IMG/VR virus record: IMGVR_UViG_3300033508_000485
Location: 1-40,625 of that record
DNA length: 40,625 nucleotides
Origin: a virus
Lineage: Duplodnaviria; Caudoviricetes
Reading direction: 5' to 3' (one strand)
In this document: in pieces, positions 18,466 to 28,697 of the stretch
How positions within the stretch are numbered: the first letter of the stretch is position 1
Layout: each line of letters starts with the position of its first letter
Made by a program: the position numbers and the translations under genes
Notes under the pieces: model-generated
What the model was told of the DNA's origin: nothing
What the model saw: only the letters and a program-made list of their open reading frames with translations
The model's database searches: none

Positions 18466-19356
18466 ATGGATAAAAACTCATTACATGTAGCCATCTTTAG
18501 CGCATTCATTGGCCGTCAATATGAAGAGATTATGGGCTTTGTTGTTGATAGCTTTAAAAGAATGGATAAAGAAACTCTAGAGTATGCCGCCAACTCCAAA
18601 ACATTTATGCTCCCCGACAGTATTCTAATTCGTAATGAAACTATAATGATATCTCCCCTTTTATGGCTTATCAATAATGATAAGTCAGTTGACTACCGTC
18701 TCTTCTATCGTAATATGAAACAAATAAAAGATGAAGATATCATCTCCACACTATTTGAGAAGAGAGTCAACGGTAATAAAAAGGCATTCTTCAACTTCCT
18801 TCTCGATAGAGGTTTGAATGTAAATAAGAAGATTAATAAGTGGACACCACTTGCTTCAGCCCTCTCTTTTGACGATGACAACTATCGAGGATGGTCAAAA
18901 ATACTTCTTGATTTAGAGGGTATTGATGTTAATGTTCTAAGTCAGAATAATACTACACCTCTTGGTATTGTTGTATCCAACTCCTCACCTGGTAATAGAT
19001 ATCAACGCGGTGAAGATGATATTCTTATGTTTAAGAAGCTATTGAAAATGGGTGCTAATCCTAATATTCAAGAGAAGGGAAATAAACATACTATTTTACA
19101 CGACATGGTTATGTTTGAAGTACCACTTGAAATGTATTCTATAGCTATTAAACATGGAGCCAATCCTAATATAGCAAACAAATGGGGTGATCTGCCACTA
19201 TATTATGCTCTTCTTTATTTACAAGAATACCAACCCAAGCATGTACGTCTTTATTATGAGCAGGTGGTTGATTATCTCATTCCCTTAACTGATCTAACAG
19301 TTAAAAATAAAAAGGGTGAAGACGGAAGATTTTTACTCTCCAAACCAAGAAGATAA
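18466..19356 (+). CDS. Ankyrin-repeat protein
   Basis: LLDRGLNVN..WTPLASA, GIDVN..TTPLGIV, LLKMGANPN..TILHD, KHGANPN..GDLPLYYA. Confidence 0.85.
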   Translation: MDKNSLHVAIFSAFIGRQYEEIMGFVVDSFKRMDKETLEYAANSKTFMLPDSILIRNETIMISPLLWLINNDKSVDYRLFYRNMKQIKDEDIISTLFEKRVNGNKKAFFNFLLDRGLNVNKKINKWTPLASALSFDDDNYRGWSKILLDLEGIDVNVLSQNNTTPLGIVVSNSSPGNRYQRGEDDILMFKKLLKMGANPNIQEKGNKHTILHDMVMFEVPLEMYSIAIKHGANPNIANKWGDLPLYYALLYLQEYQPKHVRLYYEQVVDYLIPLTDLTVKNKKGEDGRFLLSKPRR

Positions 19357-19379
19357 TCTCTATATAAAGGAGAATAATT

Positions 19380-19886
19380 ATGTCATTTCCAACTAATCCA
19401 ACAGATGGACAAATCTATAAAAATCATATCTATACAACAACGACATCATCATGGAAGAAAATAGACAATACAAACAAACCAGCTTTCCAAGCATATGGTT
19501 CTGCCAATGGAGGGACTACAGGGCAAAATTGGATTTTCAATAATACTCACGTAAATGTTGGTGGTTGTTATAGTACTTCAACAGGCAGGTTCACTGTACC
19601 AGTGGCTGGAAACTATTATTTTTCTTGGGCTAATATCGGAAATACTGCAAATGATGTTTATAGATATATTATTAAAGTGAATGGTATTGATTTTGGAGGC
19701 TATGAATTGAGAATAGATACAGAAGCGGCCAATGGTGTGATTGCAGAATATGGAAATAGTGCGAATAGAAGTATTATACTGTCTCTCAATAAAGATGATT
19801 ATATTAATATCTATTTCGCATCAGATCATGGTAGTGTTAGTTATTCGTCTGGCCAATACCCAACATTTTCTGGATATTTAATTTAA
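19380..19886 (+). CDS. C1q-like domain virion/fibre protein
   Basis: PAFQAY...FNNTHVNVGGCYSTSTGRFTVPVAGNYYFS...L.LNKDDYI...FSGYLI. Confidence 0.75.
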   Translation: MSFPTNPTDGQIYKNHIYTTTTSSWKKIDNTNKPAFQAYGSANGGTTGQNWIFNNTHVNVGGCYSTSTGRFTVPVAGNYYFSWANIGNTANDVYRYIIKVNGIDFGGYELRIDTEAANGVIAEYGNSANRSIILSLNKDDYINIYFASDHGSVSYSSGQYPTFSGYLI

Positions 19887-19896
19887 GGAGGAAAAC

Positions 19897-21768
19897 ATGT
19901 CATACCCATTAACACCCACAGACGGTCAAACTTACGGGAACAAGAAATACAACTCAACTAAAGGTTTATGGACGGATTATGATAGTGGATCTTCTATTGT
20001 TGGATCGGTATATACCCAATATGCTGGGACTCAAGATCCAGCTACTCTGTTTGGTGGAACCTGGACTGATATATCTGCCTCCATCCCTCAAGCTGCTAAA
20101 GGTGGAATATACGAATCTGGATCAAATGCTAATGGATCATATGTAAAATACGCAGATGGTACTATGGAATGTTGGTGGGAATCGCCTACAATAGTAAACT
20201 GTAATGCTGGAGTACTTGGAGCAACAAGATATTCTGCTGCAATATCTAATATTCAATTTCCTCAACCATTTATTTCGATACCACTTGTATCTGGGCTTAA
20301 TGAAAGAACAAACAACTTTATTTCTACTCAGTTTTTCCAATTATCAGCAACTCAAATAGGAAGTCTAACTTTGTGTGACATGGGTAGTGGTATCGCAGAA
20401 GATACTGCACAAGGTGTTCCTGGTTATCATGCCATCGGCAAGTGGTCTAATACAGCTTACTCTCCTTCTACCTTCTGGCAGAAGACAGACAACTCCGGTG
20501 CTACTCCTGGTACTCCAACTCTCATCCAATCTTCCATCTATGATTCAGGATCAAATGTTAACGGTAGTTGGGTTAGATATACAGACGGTACTATGCAAGT
20601 GTGGAAGAATATTACATTTACAAACTTAGCGCTCACAAATGTGCAAGGCGGTATGTACTACTCAACAGTACAAAATTTGGGGCCATGGCCAATTGCATTT
20701 ATTGGCGACCCAACTGCTACATGTACTATAAAATCAACTTATGATATTTGGGCTACGTGTACACTTGCACAAGGCCCAACTGCAACAAATGCCGGAAACT
20801 GGTATCCATGGACTAATACTTCTAGACCAAGCGAAACTGTAACTTTTATGGTTCAAGCCTTGGGTAAATGGTCAGCCCAGACAGTACCAGCCCCACAGGG
20901 TGGTATTATGATGTCTGGTATCTACGATTCCGGAAGTAATGCTAATGGGTCTTGGATTAGATATTCAGATGGGACGATGCAGGTGTGGTTCAACGTAACA
21001 ACATCTATAGGTTCTGCTACAGGGTTACCATCTCCAATTTTATATGAAGGTAGTTACACTTGGACTTTCCCTCAATCATTTATTTCACTACCGTCAATAT
21101 CTTCACCTACCATAAATGCTCCTAGTGCTCACACTGTAAGCGGTAGAATTTGGGGAACTCCATCTACCACTTCAGCTATTATTGGTGGTTATGCTAGTGT
21201 AGCTGCCAACTACCCAATTACAGTTTCAGCCATTGGTAAATGGTCTAATACAGCTGTTCAGGCTACCACCTCCTTCCCTGAAGCTACTCTTTCCCCTACA
21301 GTACAGGATCTAACTATTCTGGGAGATGTTACTAAAAAATTGGTAAGAGTTAATGCTAGGGGAAATAGCGGGCAAGCCTTCCCTGGAGATGGCGTTGCAA
21401 GAGTAGTAATCTTCCCTGCTGAAAATGAAGATACTCATGGCTGTTATAACCCAACAACTGGGGTTTTTACTGCGCAGAAAGATGGACTTTATATGGTGTC
21501 AGCCGGAGTACTTGTCAATTGGGGTGGGAATGTTGCATCCGATTGCGCAGCTGAACTTGTAGCTGGAACAGAAACAATTACAAATTATTTTTCTGTTGCA
21601 ACAGCTCAAAGCTACGTGCATTTTAATGTTTCTGGAGTAATTAGAAGAACAGTTGGACAAACAATAGAATTTAGAATAATGCAGAATTCATCTGTTGCTA
21701 AATCTATTTTCAACGCTCCTACAAACTCATATCACTATTTAAATATTACCCAATTGTTGGGAACATAA
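19897..21768 (+). CDS. Tail fibre-like protein with three tandem SGSNxNG...DGTM domains and C1q-like C-terminus
   Basis: DPATLFGGTW, three YxSGSNxNGS(Y/W)xxYxDGTMxxW...A(I/L)GKWS repeats, YNPTTGVFTA..DGLYMVS. Confidence 0.8.
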   Translation: MSYPLTPTDGQTYGNKKYNSTKGLWTDYDSGSSIVGSVYTQYAGTQDPATLFGGTWTDISASIPQAAKGGIYESGSNANGSYVKYADGTMECWWESPTIVNCNAGVLGATRYSAAISNIQFPQPFISIPLVSGLNERTNNFISTQFFQLSATQIGSLTLCDMGSGIAEDTAQGVPGYHAIGKWSNTAYSPSTFWQKTDNSGATPGTPTLIQSSIYDSGSNVNGSWVRYTDGTMQVWKNITFTNLALTNVQGGMYYSTVQNLGPWPIAFIGDPTATCTIKSTYDIWATCTLAQGPTATNAGNWYPWTNTSRPSETVTFMVQALGKWSAQTVPAPQGGIMMSGIYDSGSNANGSWIRYSDGTMQVWFNVTTSIGSATGLPSPILYEGSYTWTFPQSFISLPSISSPTINAPSAHTVSGRIWGTPSTTSAIIGGYASVAANYPITVSAIGKWSNTAVQATTSFPEATLSPTVQDLTILGDVTKKLVRVNARGNSGQAFPGDGVARVVIFPAENEDTHGCYNPTTGVFTAQKDGLYMVSAGVLVNWGGNVASDCAAELVAGTETITNYFSVATAQSYVHFNVSGVIRRTVGQTIEFRIMQNSSVAKSIFNAPTNSYHYLNITQLLGT

Positions 21769-21784
21769 GATAAAGGAGTAAGAC

Positions 21785-22249
21785 ATGGCATTCCCAACTA
21801 ATCCAACTAATGGACAAATTTATAGCAACAAAAAATACAACTCTACTAAAGGAGCTTGGGTTGATGCTGCGTCTATAGATTCAGATACTTGGCACTATAT
21901 AGGGCAAGCTGGCGAACCTGGCTTTCAAAACGGTTGGATGGATTATGGTCAATCTTGGGGCCGATCGAGGTTTAGAAAAGATTCTAATGATATAGTTCAC
22001 ATGGATGGTCTTGTTGCTGGTGGAACACCAGGGTTAGTTGTATTCACTCTTCCTCCGGAATACAGACCAGGCAACCCTAATGACAGCGGACTGCATATTC
22101 CGGTTGCAGACTCGAATTGGAACGTAACTGCTGCAGGCATACCAGCTCATGCTATTATATACGTAGGGAAAGATGGTAAAGTTTATTTTGGTGCAGGGGG
22201 TGGATCTGCGTCTTGGGGTTCTTTGTGTTGTTCTTTTGCTGCTACATAA
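21785..22249 (+). CDS. Small fibre/receptor-binding-like protein
   Basis: FQNGW...RFRKD...VHMDGLV.GG...FTLPPEYRP, typical of phage tail-tip domains. Confidence 0.7.
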   Translation: MAFPTNPTNGQIYSNKKYNSTKGAWVDAASIDSDTWHYIGQAGEPGFQNGWMDYGQSWGRSRFRKDSNDIVHMDGLVAGGTPGLVVFTLPPEYRPGNPNDSGLHIPVADSNWNVTAAGIPAHAIIYVGKDGKVYFGAGGGSASWGSLCCSFAAT

Positions 22250-22262
22250 ATAGGAGGATGAT

Positions 22263-23648
22263 ATGAGTCTTTCACCTGGTAGTGTTATAACAGTTGCCGA
22301 TATTGCAAATGAATTTGATAAACATTGGCTATCACCACCAGTTGGTTTTAAAGGATTAATTAGCGATAGTGTACTAGAGAATACATTAGGTTTTGATGCT
22401 TTTCCTAAAGGATCACGTCTATTAGTATCAAGTATATCAACAGCCTTAAATAATAAGGTGTCTTCATTCGATAGTGCCAAAACTCTACCTGGTGGTGATG
22501 GATCAGATGGAGATTTAACAATGAATGGTTGGTTTATACCAGAAAAAGATAGAGTATATCAATTTAATAATCTCACTCTTAACGTTGGTATACTTCCCAT
22601 CAATAATGGTTGGTTAACCTCTGGATCTAGTGGAAAAATTATAATTCTTGTCAAAGAAACTCTTACTCTGGGTCCTGGTTGTGTTATACATGTAAGTGGT
22701 AATCCGGGTAATATCGGTGCTAGGGGCGGGGACGGTGCTGATGGTCAATTCAGTCAACAAGGAACGTATACCCATCAAACTGTTCGTAGTCAATCGAGCG
22801 GAGGTTATTATGGATATTATGGAGAAACCACCACTAACATAACAACTGCCTCTGTTGGTGGTTTAGCCGGAGCAGGAGGAGCAGGCGGATCTGGTGGAGG
22901 CGGAGCTGGTCAAAATGGCGGAGCTGGTGGTAATGGTGCTAGACCAAAAATAGACTCGAATGATCCAGGTGTTGATGGCAATCCAGGTCAACAACCTTTT
23001 GGAAATACTGCAGGTTCTCTAGCGGCGGGAGGGGATGGACAACCAGGACCTCGTTATCCTAATACTTCAAACTTTGCATTAATAAGTTCTCTCCAGATGG
23101 GATCAAATCTTAGATCAAATCAGGGTACACCGGGAATGGGTGGTGCTGGCGGCCATGGTTATGCAGGTACGTCAGGAGGTCATACTCCATCTACTTCCGG
23201 ATTTTACTCCACCGTCCAAACAGAACAGGGTGACTGGGTTCAAGTATATAATGATGATGACTGGGGTACACCTGGAGGAGGAGGATCTGGCGGAAGTGGC
23301 GGTGGTGGGGGTGGAGAAGGTGGTATTGGTGGTAATTATGGAGGAATTATTTATATTGAAGCAAAAAATATAAATTCAGGTGGTGCCTATATTATAGCAA
23401 ATGGTGGTAGTGGTGGTCGCGGCGGTGATGGTGGATGGGGCGGACAATCTAATCAGAGTTATCAACAAGGTCTTCCATTTCAATGGGTAGAGGGTGGTGG
23501 TAGTGGTACACCAGGTGGACAGGGTGGTGGTGGTAATGGTGGATTAGTTGTTGTCAAATACAAAAATTTAAATGGAACGTTACAGACTGAAGTCAATGGT
23601 GGTAGTCCAAACGGATTACCTGGTCATGCTATTTTTATAAAAAGATGA
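22263..23648 (+). CDS. Glycine-rich virion-associated protein
   Basis: GGDGSDGDL start of domain, long GGxGG runs, GGIIYIEA, GGLVVVKY. Confidence 0.7.
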   Translation: MSLSPGSVITVADIANEFDKHWLSPPVGFKGLISDSVLENTLGFDAFPKGSRLLVSSISTALNNKVSSFDSAKTLPGGDGSDGDLTMNGWFIPEKDRVYQFNNLTLNVGILPINNGWLTSGSSGKIIILVKETLTLGPGCVIHVSGNPGNIGARGGDGADGQFSQQGTYTHQTVRSQSSGGYYGYYGETTTNITTASVGGLAGAGGAGGSGGGGAGQNGGAGGNGARPKIDSNDPGVDGNPGQQPFGNTAGSLAAGGDGQPGPRYPNTSNFALISSLQMGSNLRSNQGTPGMGGAGGHGYAGTSGGHTPSTSGFYSTVQTEQGDWVQVYNDDDWGTPGGGGSGGSGGGGGGEGGIGGNYGGIIYIEAKNINSGGAYIIANGGSGGRGGDGGWGGQSNQSYQQGLPFQWVEGGGSGTPGGQGGGGNGGLVVVKYKNLNGTLQTEVNGGSPNGLPGHAIFIKR

Positions 23649-23682
23649 TCAAGTTAAATAATTATTTATTAAAGTTTTTAAT

Positions 23683-23713
23683 AAAAAAGGAGCCCTTTCG
23701 GGCTCCTTTTTTT
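23683..23713. terminator. Bidirectional intrinsic terminator between convergent fibre and sheath genes
   Basis: A6-GGAGCCC-TTTC-GGGCTCC-T7. Confidence 0.9.
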
Positions 23714-23725
23714 AAATAAAATCTT

Positions 23726-26551
23726 TTACTCAGTAAATGAAACATCACCAGAAGCATTAATCGTAAACTCAACTTCGATAAATTCGACGGTTTTTGTTGG
23801 TGACACAAAAATCTTACCAGCCATGATGTTCTGATTAATAAGATCGGATGTGTTGGTTGAAGCATCACACACAACTTGGTATTGATACAAACCTCTTCTT
23901 TGGCGAATTGGTTCAAGGATGGCGTTAGCCTGACGAGCAAATGCTGCCCAGTTGGCTGCATCATTTTGCTCGAATAGGAATCCACGAGCCATCTTGGCAA
24001 TTAACTTTTCAGCGTAAATCATCAATCTACGAACATTGATTCTGTCAAGAGCAGATTTTGTTCTTTGGCCAGTTTTCTGACCCCAAATTGCAATTCCCTC
24101 TCCAACAAACTTAACAATTGGGTTGATAATATTTGTATCACCGTAAAGGATGTCTCTCTCGGAGTTGGTAGGTGAGTACTCAACATCAAGAGCTGTAACC
24201 TTACCACGACTAAGACCGGCAGTTGCAAACCAAGGATCTGCAACATTATCAGTATAAACCATTTGCGTAAGAGCGTAAATTGATGGTGGAAGCCAAATGT
24301 ACTGTTTATTATCAGCATCATAATCCTGGAGCCAAGGCCAATAAGCACCAACATATGAGGAGACAATATTCTCGTTCATACTATTGATTTCAGATACATG
24401 GTTGAGTTTTTCTTTAACTCCCAGACCAAGACCAAATGGAGCAGCATCAATAATACCGAAACAGTCATGACGAGCTTCACAAAGATTCTGGATTTCATTC
24501 TGTACAGAAGAAGCTGCACCACCAGGAGCTGCAACCAAATTAAAGTCATAAACTTCTGGATTATAAACCTTCTTAAGAGCATTAATTAAGTCAGTATCCA
24601 TAGAAATAATAACACCATCTTGATTTTCAGTCCAACCGTTTGTTCCAACACTATAATCAATAACATTTGCCACAAGTGAAGATACACCCTCTGGTAGATC
24701 AGGTGTTCCAAGAATCCAATCGCCATCAGGGAGACGTTCAAGAATAAAGTTTCCATCCTCATCTTCTGCTTCCATATGGATATAAGAATCAGATGCGAGA
24801 ATCTTAGGAATAAATTTTGCGTTTTCAGAATCACTCCAATTAATTCTCTGATAGACAGAAACTTCTTTACCGTCAAGGAGAACATAAACATTATAAAATT
24901 CTTCAACAGTTGATGGTCCAGTTTGTTGTTTCTTGGTCTCTGTACGAAGAACAAGCTTATTGCCATAAGAACCTTTTTCAGCTGCCTGAAGAGTAATAAC
25001 TGCTTCGCCAACCGGTCTTTCTTGAACACCATCTTTAGGGAGATCGAGTCCAATAAGATCAATAAGTGAATTGGCAGATGAGTTTTTAACTCTCACCATA
25101 GCTCTATAACCCTCTGCGGCTGTTGTACGTGTTGTTAATTTAATTTTACCAGATGAAGCATCAATTTCTGCTTTTGCTCTAATTGGATTAGACTGATATT
25201 GCGTATAACCAGCTGTCAAGATAGTCTGAATTTGAGTAGCAATATTTGCAAGAGCCCAAGCACCAGAAGCGGGGGCGGTTACGACAACATCAATTGGTTG
25301 TTCAAACGACTCAACACCTGCCTCAATTGATCCCTTCTTTGTGAGAAGTACGTTGCCATCGAATACTTGACCAGCAACATCATTTTCAGAATGGAAAAGA
25401 CCGAAAATTGTATCAGCGTCCTTGTATTCTTTAGGAGAGAGACCAAGAGCTGTTGCGCCTTCAGATATTGGAAGAGTAAATCCAGTTGTGTTAACTGCAG
25501 CAACTACAGCTGCCTTTCTCTTAATACCAACATATGATGTGCCGTCTTTTTTAGTAGTCATAACAAACGCTTCTATATCGCCGGTGAGGTCAACAATGTT
25601 TGCTGTACTCTCGTCAACAGCTGCAGTTAGTTTTGTATTAATATGCGAAACAATTTCAACTGCTGATATTGTTTTGAGATCAAGTGTTACAACATAGTTT
25701 ACGTTGTCAAGGAAGAGTTTAAATTCTTGAGGAGTTACGTTCCAGTCAAATCCAACTTTTCTATCTACATTACCAAGAGCTGTAGCTGTATACTCAGCAT
25801 TAATAAATGTATAACGACTTTTACTTTCTGCGTATACACCGTTTTTCGCGTATGAATAGACGGTTGATGTTACTTTGGAACCTAATGAATCACCAGTTTT
25901 TGAACCGAGCCCACCCTTTTCTTCTGTAAAAGAACCAGTAAGATTCTCTTCCTTATAGTTAACCTCAAATGTCTTATCACCAAGCTTGGAATAAGCAATT
26001 TTTACAACTAAATCTTCAGTATCACCAGCTGGAGAAGCAACACCCAGACCATTTGATAGTTCATGAGTTGTTACACCCCATGTTTCAACGAATTTTGGTT
26101 CTACAAATGCTCTATGATCAGCAACAACCTTAAAGCCAAACTCTGCTCCTGGTGCAAAAGTACCAGCGGTAAGAGCTGTTGCACGGGTAAAGGACTGACT
26201 TCCTGCTGATGCTGCAATATCCTTCTCACCAAGTCTTACCTTTTTTGATGCATATTGAGCAGCCATTGGGTAAAGATCTGGATCTCTATTATCGCCAGCT
26301 CTTACCACTAAAAGTGATTGACCTTGTGAGAAATATTTATAAGCAGCTTGAGCAAGATATGGTGTATCCCCCAATGTTTTACCATAAACCTGGTTAAACT
26401 CTTGTGTACTACTTGTAATTCTTGGTTCGAATGGACCTTTTTCGGCATAACCGACAATAGCGGCGACATTTCCGACTGGTTGTGTCGTGGCATATTGTGA
26501 ATTATCAACCTCTCTAGTCACAACGCCTGGACTTAAAAGAAACCTAGCCAT
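23726..26551 (-). CDS. Contractile tail sheath protein (T4 gp18-like) with large insertion domains
   Basis: SPGVVTREVD, GYAEKGP, YWPW, PWFATAGLSRG, INPIV..GEG..IWGQKT, DRINVRRL, FEQND, PTKTVEFI. Confidence 0.96.
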   Translation of the reverse strand: MARFLLSPGVVTREVDNSQYATTQPVGNVAAIVGYAEKGPFEPRITSSTQEFNQVYGKTLGDTPYLAQAAYKYFSQGQSLLVVRAGDNRDPDLYPMAAQYASKKVRLGEKDIAASAGSQSFTRATALTAGTFAPGAEFGFKVVADHRAFVEPKFVETWGVTTHELSNGLGVASPAGDTEDLVVKIAYSKLGDKTFEVNYKEENLTGSFTEEKGGLGSKTGDSLGSKVTSTVYSYAKNGVYAESKSRYTFINAEYTATALGNVDRKVGFDWNVTPQEFKLFLDNVNYVVTLDLKTISAVEIVSHINTKLTAAVDESTANIVDLTGDIEAFVMTTKKDGTSYVGIKRKAAVVAAVNTTGFTLPISEGATALGLSPKEYKDADTIFGLFHSENDVAGQVFDGNVLLTKKGSIEAGVESFEQPIDVVVTAPASGAWALANIATQIQTILTAGYTQYQSNPIRAKAEIDASSGKIKLTTRTTAAEGYRAMVRVKNSSANSLIDLIGLDLPKDGVQERPVGEAVITLQAAEKGSYGNKLVLRTETKKQQTGPSTVEEFYNVYVLLDGKEVSVYQRINWSDSENAKFIPKILASDSYIHMEAEDEDGNFILERLPDGDWILGTPDLPEGVSSLVANVIDYSVGTNGWTENQDGVIISMDTDLINALKKVYNPEVYDFNLVAAPGGAASSVQNEIQNLCEARHDCFGIIDAAPFGLGLGVKEKLNHVSEINSMNENIVSSYVGAYWPWLQDYDADNKQYIWLPPSIYALTQMVYTDNVADPWFATAGLSRGKVTALDVEYSPTNSERDILYGDTNIINPIVKFVGEGIAIWGQKTGQRTKSALDRINVRRLMIYAEKLIAKMARGFLFEQNDAANWAAFARQANAILEPIRQRRGLYQYQVVCDASTNTSDLINQNIMAGKIFVSPTKTVEFIEVEFTINASGDVSFTE

Positions 26552-26669
26552 GTAATTCCTCCTGTATTAAACTTTTATATTCTTTTCTTTTTTTATATAA
26601 TAAGAAAACAAATTTTAAATTGTCTTACACTACATATTTTTTGTAGTATAATTTTATTTCTTCATATTA

Positions 26670-26828
26670 TTATTTCTTAATAATCTGAATCAAACCTTTT
26701 GCCTTAAGAGCAATCATTTGTGTTGTTACGTCTTCAACATCTACGGCCTTACGACCAGGTACTAAAACTGTGTTATCATCGATAAGCAACGCAATCGGTT
26801 GATATGTCTTATTCTTAATCTTTACCAT
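26670..26828 (-). CDS. Small hypothetical protein (52 aa) upstream of sheath
   Basis: Below cutoff; SD AAGGAG; MVKIKNKTYQPIALL...LKAKGLIQIIKK. Confidence 0.6.
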   Translation of the reverse strand: MVKIKNKTYQPIALLIDDNTVLVPGRKAVDVEDVTTQMIALKAKGLIQIIKK

Positions 26829-26845
26829 ACTTATTCTCCTTAAAA

Positions 26846-27874
26846 CTAAAGTCTATTAATACGATCCTCAATGTGTTGTTCAAGATTTATGTCTCCGATG
26901 TATGGTTGTTCTCTTTCGAACGGTAGAGCCATGAACGCATTATCGAATCTGAATGATATTTCAGTTCTAATCATACGTTGCGCGTTTGCGCCCGGTTCTA
27001 ACTCAGACGCATCCGTTACACCCTCAAATAAGGCGTGTGCCCACTGACCATGATGTTCTCTTTCATATCTACAATTATCTGTACCCTTAGTATATTCAAA
27101 CCCGTATCCAGCATCTTCTGTACCAAATCCTGGAATCCAAAAAAACTTTTCAGGTGCAAATTCAGATTGAATCTGATATTGTAATATAGACATATAAGAA
27201 CGATATGGACTCCAAATATTTATACTATATGTGAGTTCATATTCTTGGAGCGGTGGAACTGCAGAAGAACCAATCTTATTTCCATCTTTATCATAATAAC
27301 GCCTAGTATAATAATTTTCTTTGGGACGCATTCCTTCTTTAGGTTGTGTATCTGAAAGATAGAAAACTACACCTGGTGTTACAACTAACCCATTTCTTAA
27401 TGGTGAAGCAACACGTGCAACTGCTTCCTGCATATCACCGTAAATAACATTAACAACTTTTCTCAATCTACCACCCGCTTCTGGTTGTTCAACTGTTAAT
27501 TTTTTATATACCTTATCTAAAATTATAATATTATCCTTTACAGCCTGAATAACATACCACTCATCATTTGTTTTTGTTATAGCTTTGTCTCCTGTACCTG
27601 CTATTATTTTAGTTGTATCATATAGTTTAAATGCTTCAGTTGGTTTTAAACCATGTTTTGTTGTATCCAACCAAACCTCATGTTGATCTTTACCATCTGT
27701 TGTTAATGTTTGGTCTCCAGATTGTCCAATTGTTGCAACAGTTGTACCACGAAGAGTAATTCTTGTAATACCAAAATCTGAATTTACTAAATTTGGTAGA
27801 TCGACAAGATTTCTCAACCATAGTTGAACTGCGAGGCTATATTCTCTAAATACTGGATAATAACTAGTTGGCAT
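26846..27874 (-). CDS. Putative tail terminator/sheath stabiliser (gp15-like)
   Basis: Position before sheath; P..YELTYSINIWS...ILQYQIQSEF...RMIRTEISF. Confidence 0.55.
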   Translation of the reverse strand: MPTSYYPVFREYSLAVQLWLRNLVDLPNLVNSDFGITRITLRGTTVATIGQSGDQTLTTDGKDQHEVWLDTTKHGLKPTEAFKLYDTTKIIAGTGDKAITKTNDEWYVIQAVKDNIIILDKVYKKLTVEQPEAGGRLRKVVNVIYGDMQEAVARVASPLRNGLVVTPGVVFYLSDTQPKEGMRPKENYYTRRYYDKDGNKIGSSAVPPLQEYELTYSINIWSPYRSYMSILQYQIQSEFAPEKFFWIPGFGTEDAGYGFEYTKGTDNCRYEREHHGQWAHALFEGVTDASELEPGANAQRMIRTEISFRFDNAFMALPFEREQPYIGDINLEQHIEDRINRL

Positions 27875-27895
27875 TTTATTTTTTACTTCTCTTTA

Positions 27896-28507
27896 TTATT
27901 TTTTTAATTCTTTTCTTAAGTCTTCAGATAATCTTGACATAACTTCAGCACCTTTTTCATTTATATAATAATCTCTAATTGCATCTGCACCTTTTTGTAA
28001 GATGTTTTCCCTAACACCAGGAGTTGGATTTAACATCATTATTTCACCGTCAATATCTATTTCACCGCCCAGAAAAGTTTTTTTAAGAGCATCATATATT
28101 TTTTCAGCATTAACTCCACCACCTGGAGTAAATGTTATAGTTGTATGTATATCGTTTGAACTATATACATCAGTCGGTGATTTATTTTCGGAAATAGAAA
28201 CCATAGTAGAAGTTCTAAAATTGTCGTCAGCAAATTCACTACTTGTCTTAATAATTCTACTAATAATCTCCGGTATTTCTCCTATTGCTTTTGGTGCCTC
28301 AATTGCCGAAGCAACAACTATACCAATCCAACCATTATCTTCTAAATCCCAATCACGTATACTCATACTTTGACCATAAAAATTCTTCATTGTACTATCC
28401 ATATCTTCACGGATTAACTCAATAAAATTATTACTAATGGCTTTAGTAAAGTCTTTAGAAGCTTTTTTACTTTTTAAGAATTTTAGTAAATCTGTATCTT
28501 TTGCCAT
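27896..28507 (-). CDS. Hypothetical protein
   Basis: 203 aa; AAGATAA-N5-ATG. Confidence 0.7.
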   Translation of the reverse strand: MAKDTDLLKFLKSKKASKDFTKAISNNFIELIREDMDSTMKNFYGQSMSIRDWDLEDNGWIGIVVASAIEAPKAIGEIPEIISRIIKTSSEFADDNFRTSTMVSISENKSPTDVYSSNDIHTTITFTPGGGVNAEKIYDALKKTFLGGEIDIDGEIMMLNPTPGVRENILQKGADAIRDYYINEKGAEVMSRLSEDLRKELKK

Positions 28508-28697
28508 ATATATTATCTTTTAAAAAAAAATGCATAAATTCACAATATACGAAAATTTTTATAAAAGATATATATGTAAAAGTTACCCAGTTATAACCCA
28601 AACACAAACTAAATATACAAAAGTGTAAAATTATTCTCCATTAAAATATGCTTTTTGCTATGAGCTTTATAAAGATAATGATAACTAGGAGAAAAAG

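Noticed and set aside
19897-21768. Diversity-generating retroelement target in the fibre repeats
   Set aside because: Repeats are divergent protein domains without adenine-specific differences; no reverse transcriptase in the window.
23662-26508. Alternative-frame ORFs inside the sheath gene
   Set aside because: Frame shadows from codon bias; no SD or recognisable motifs.
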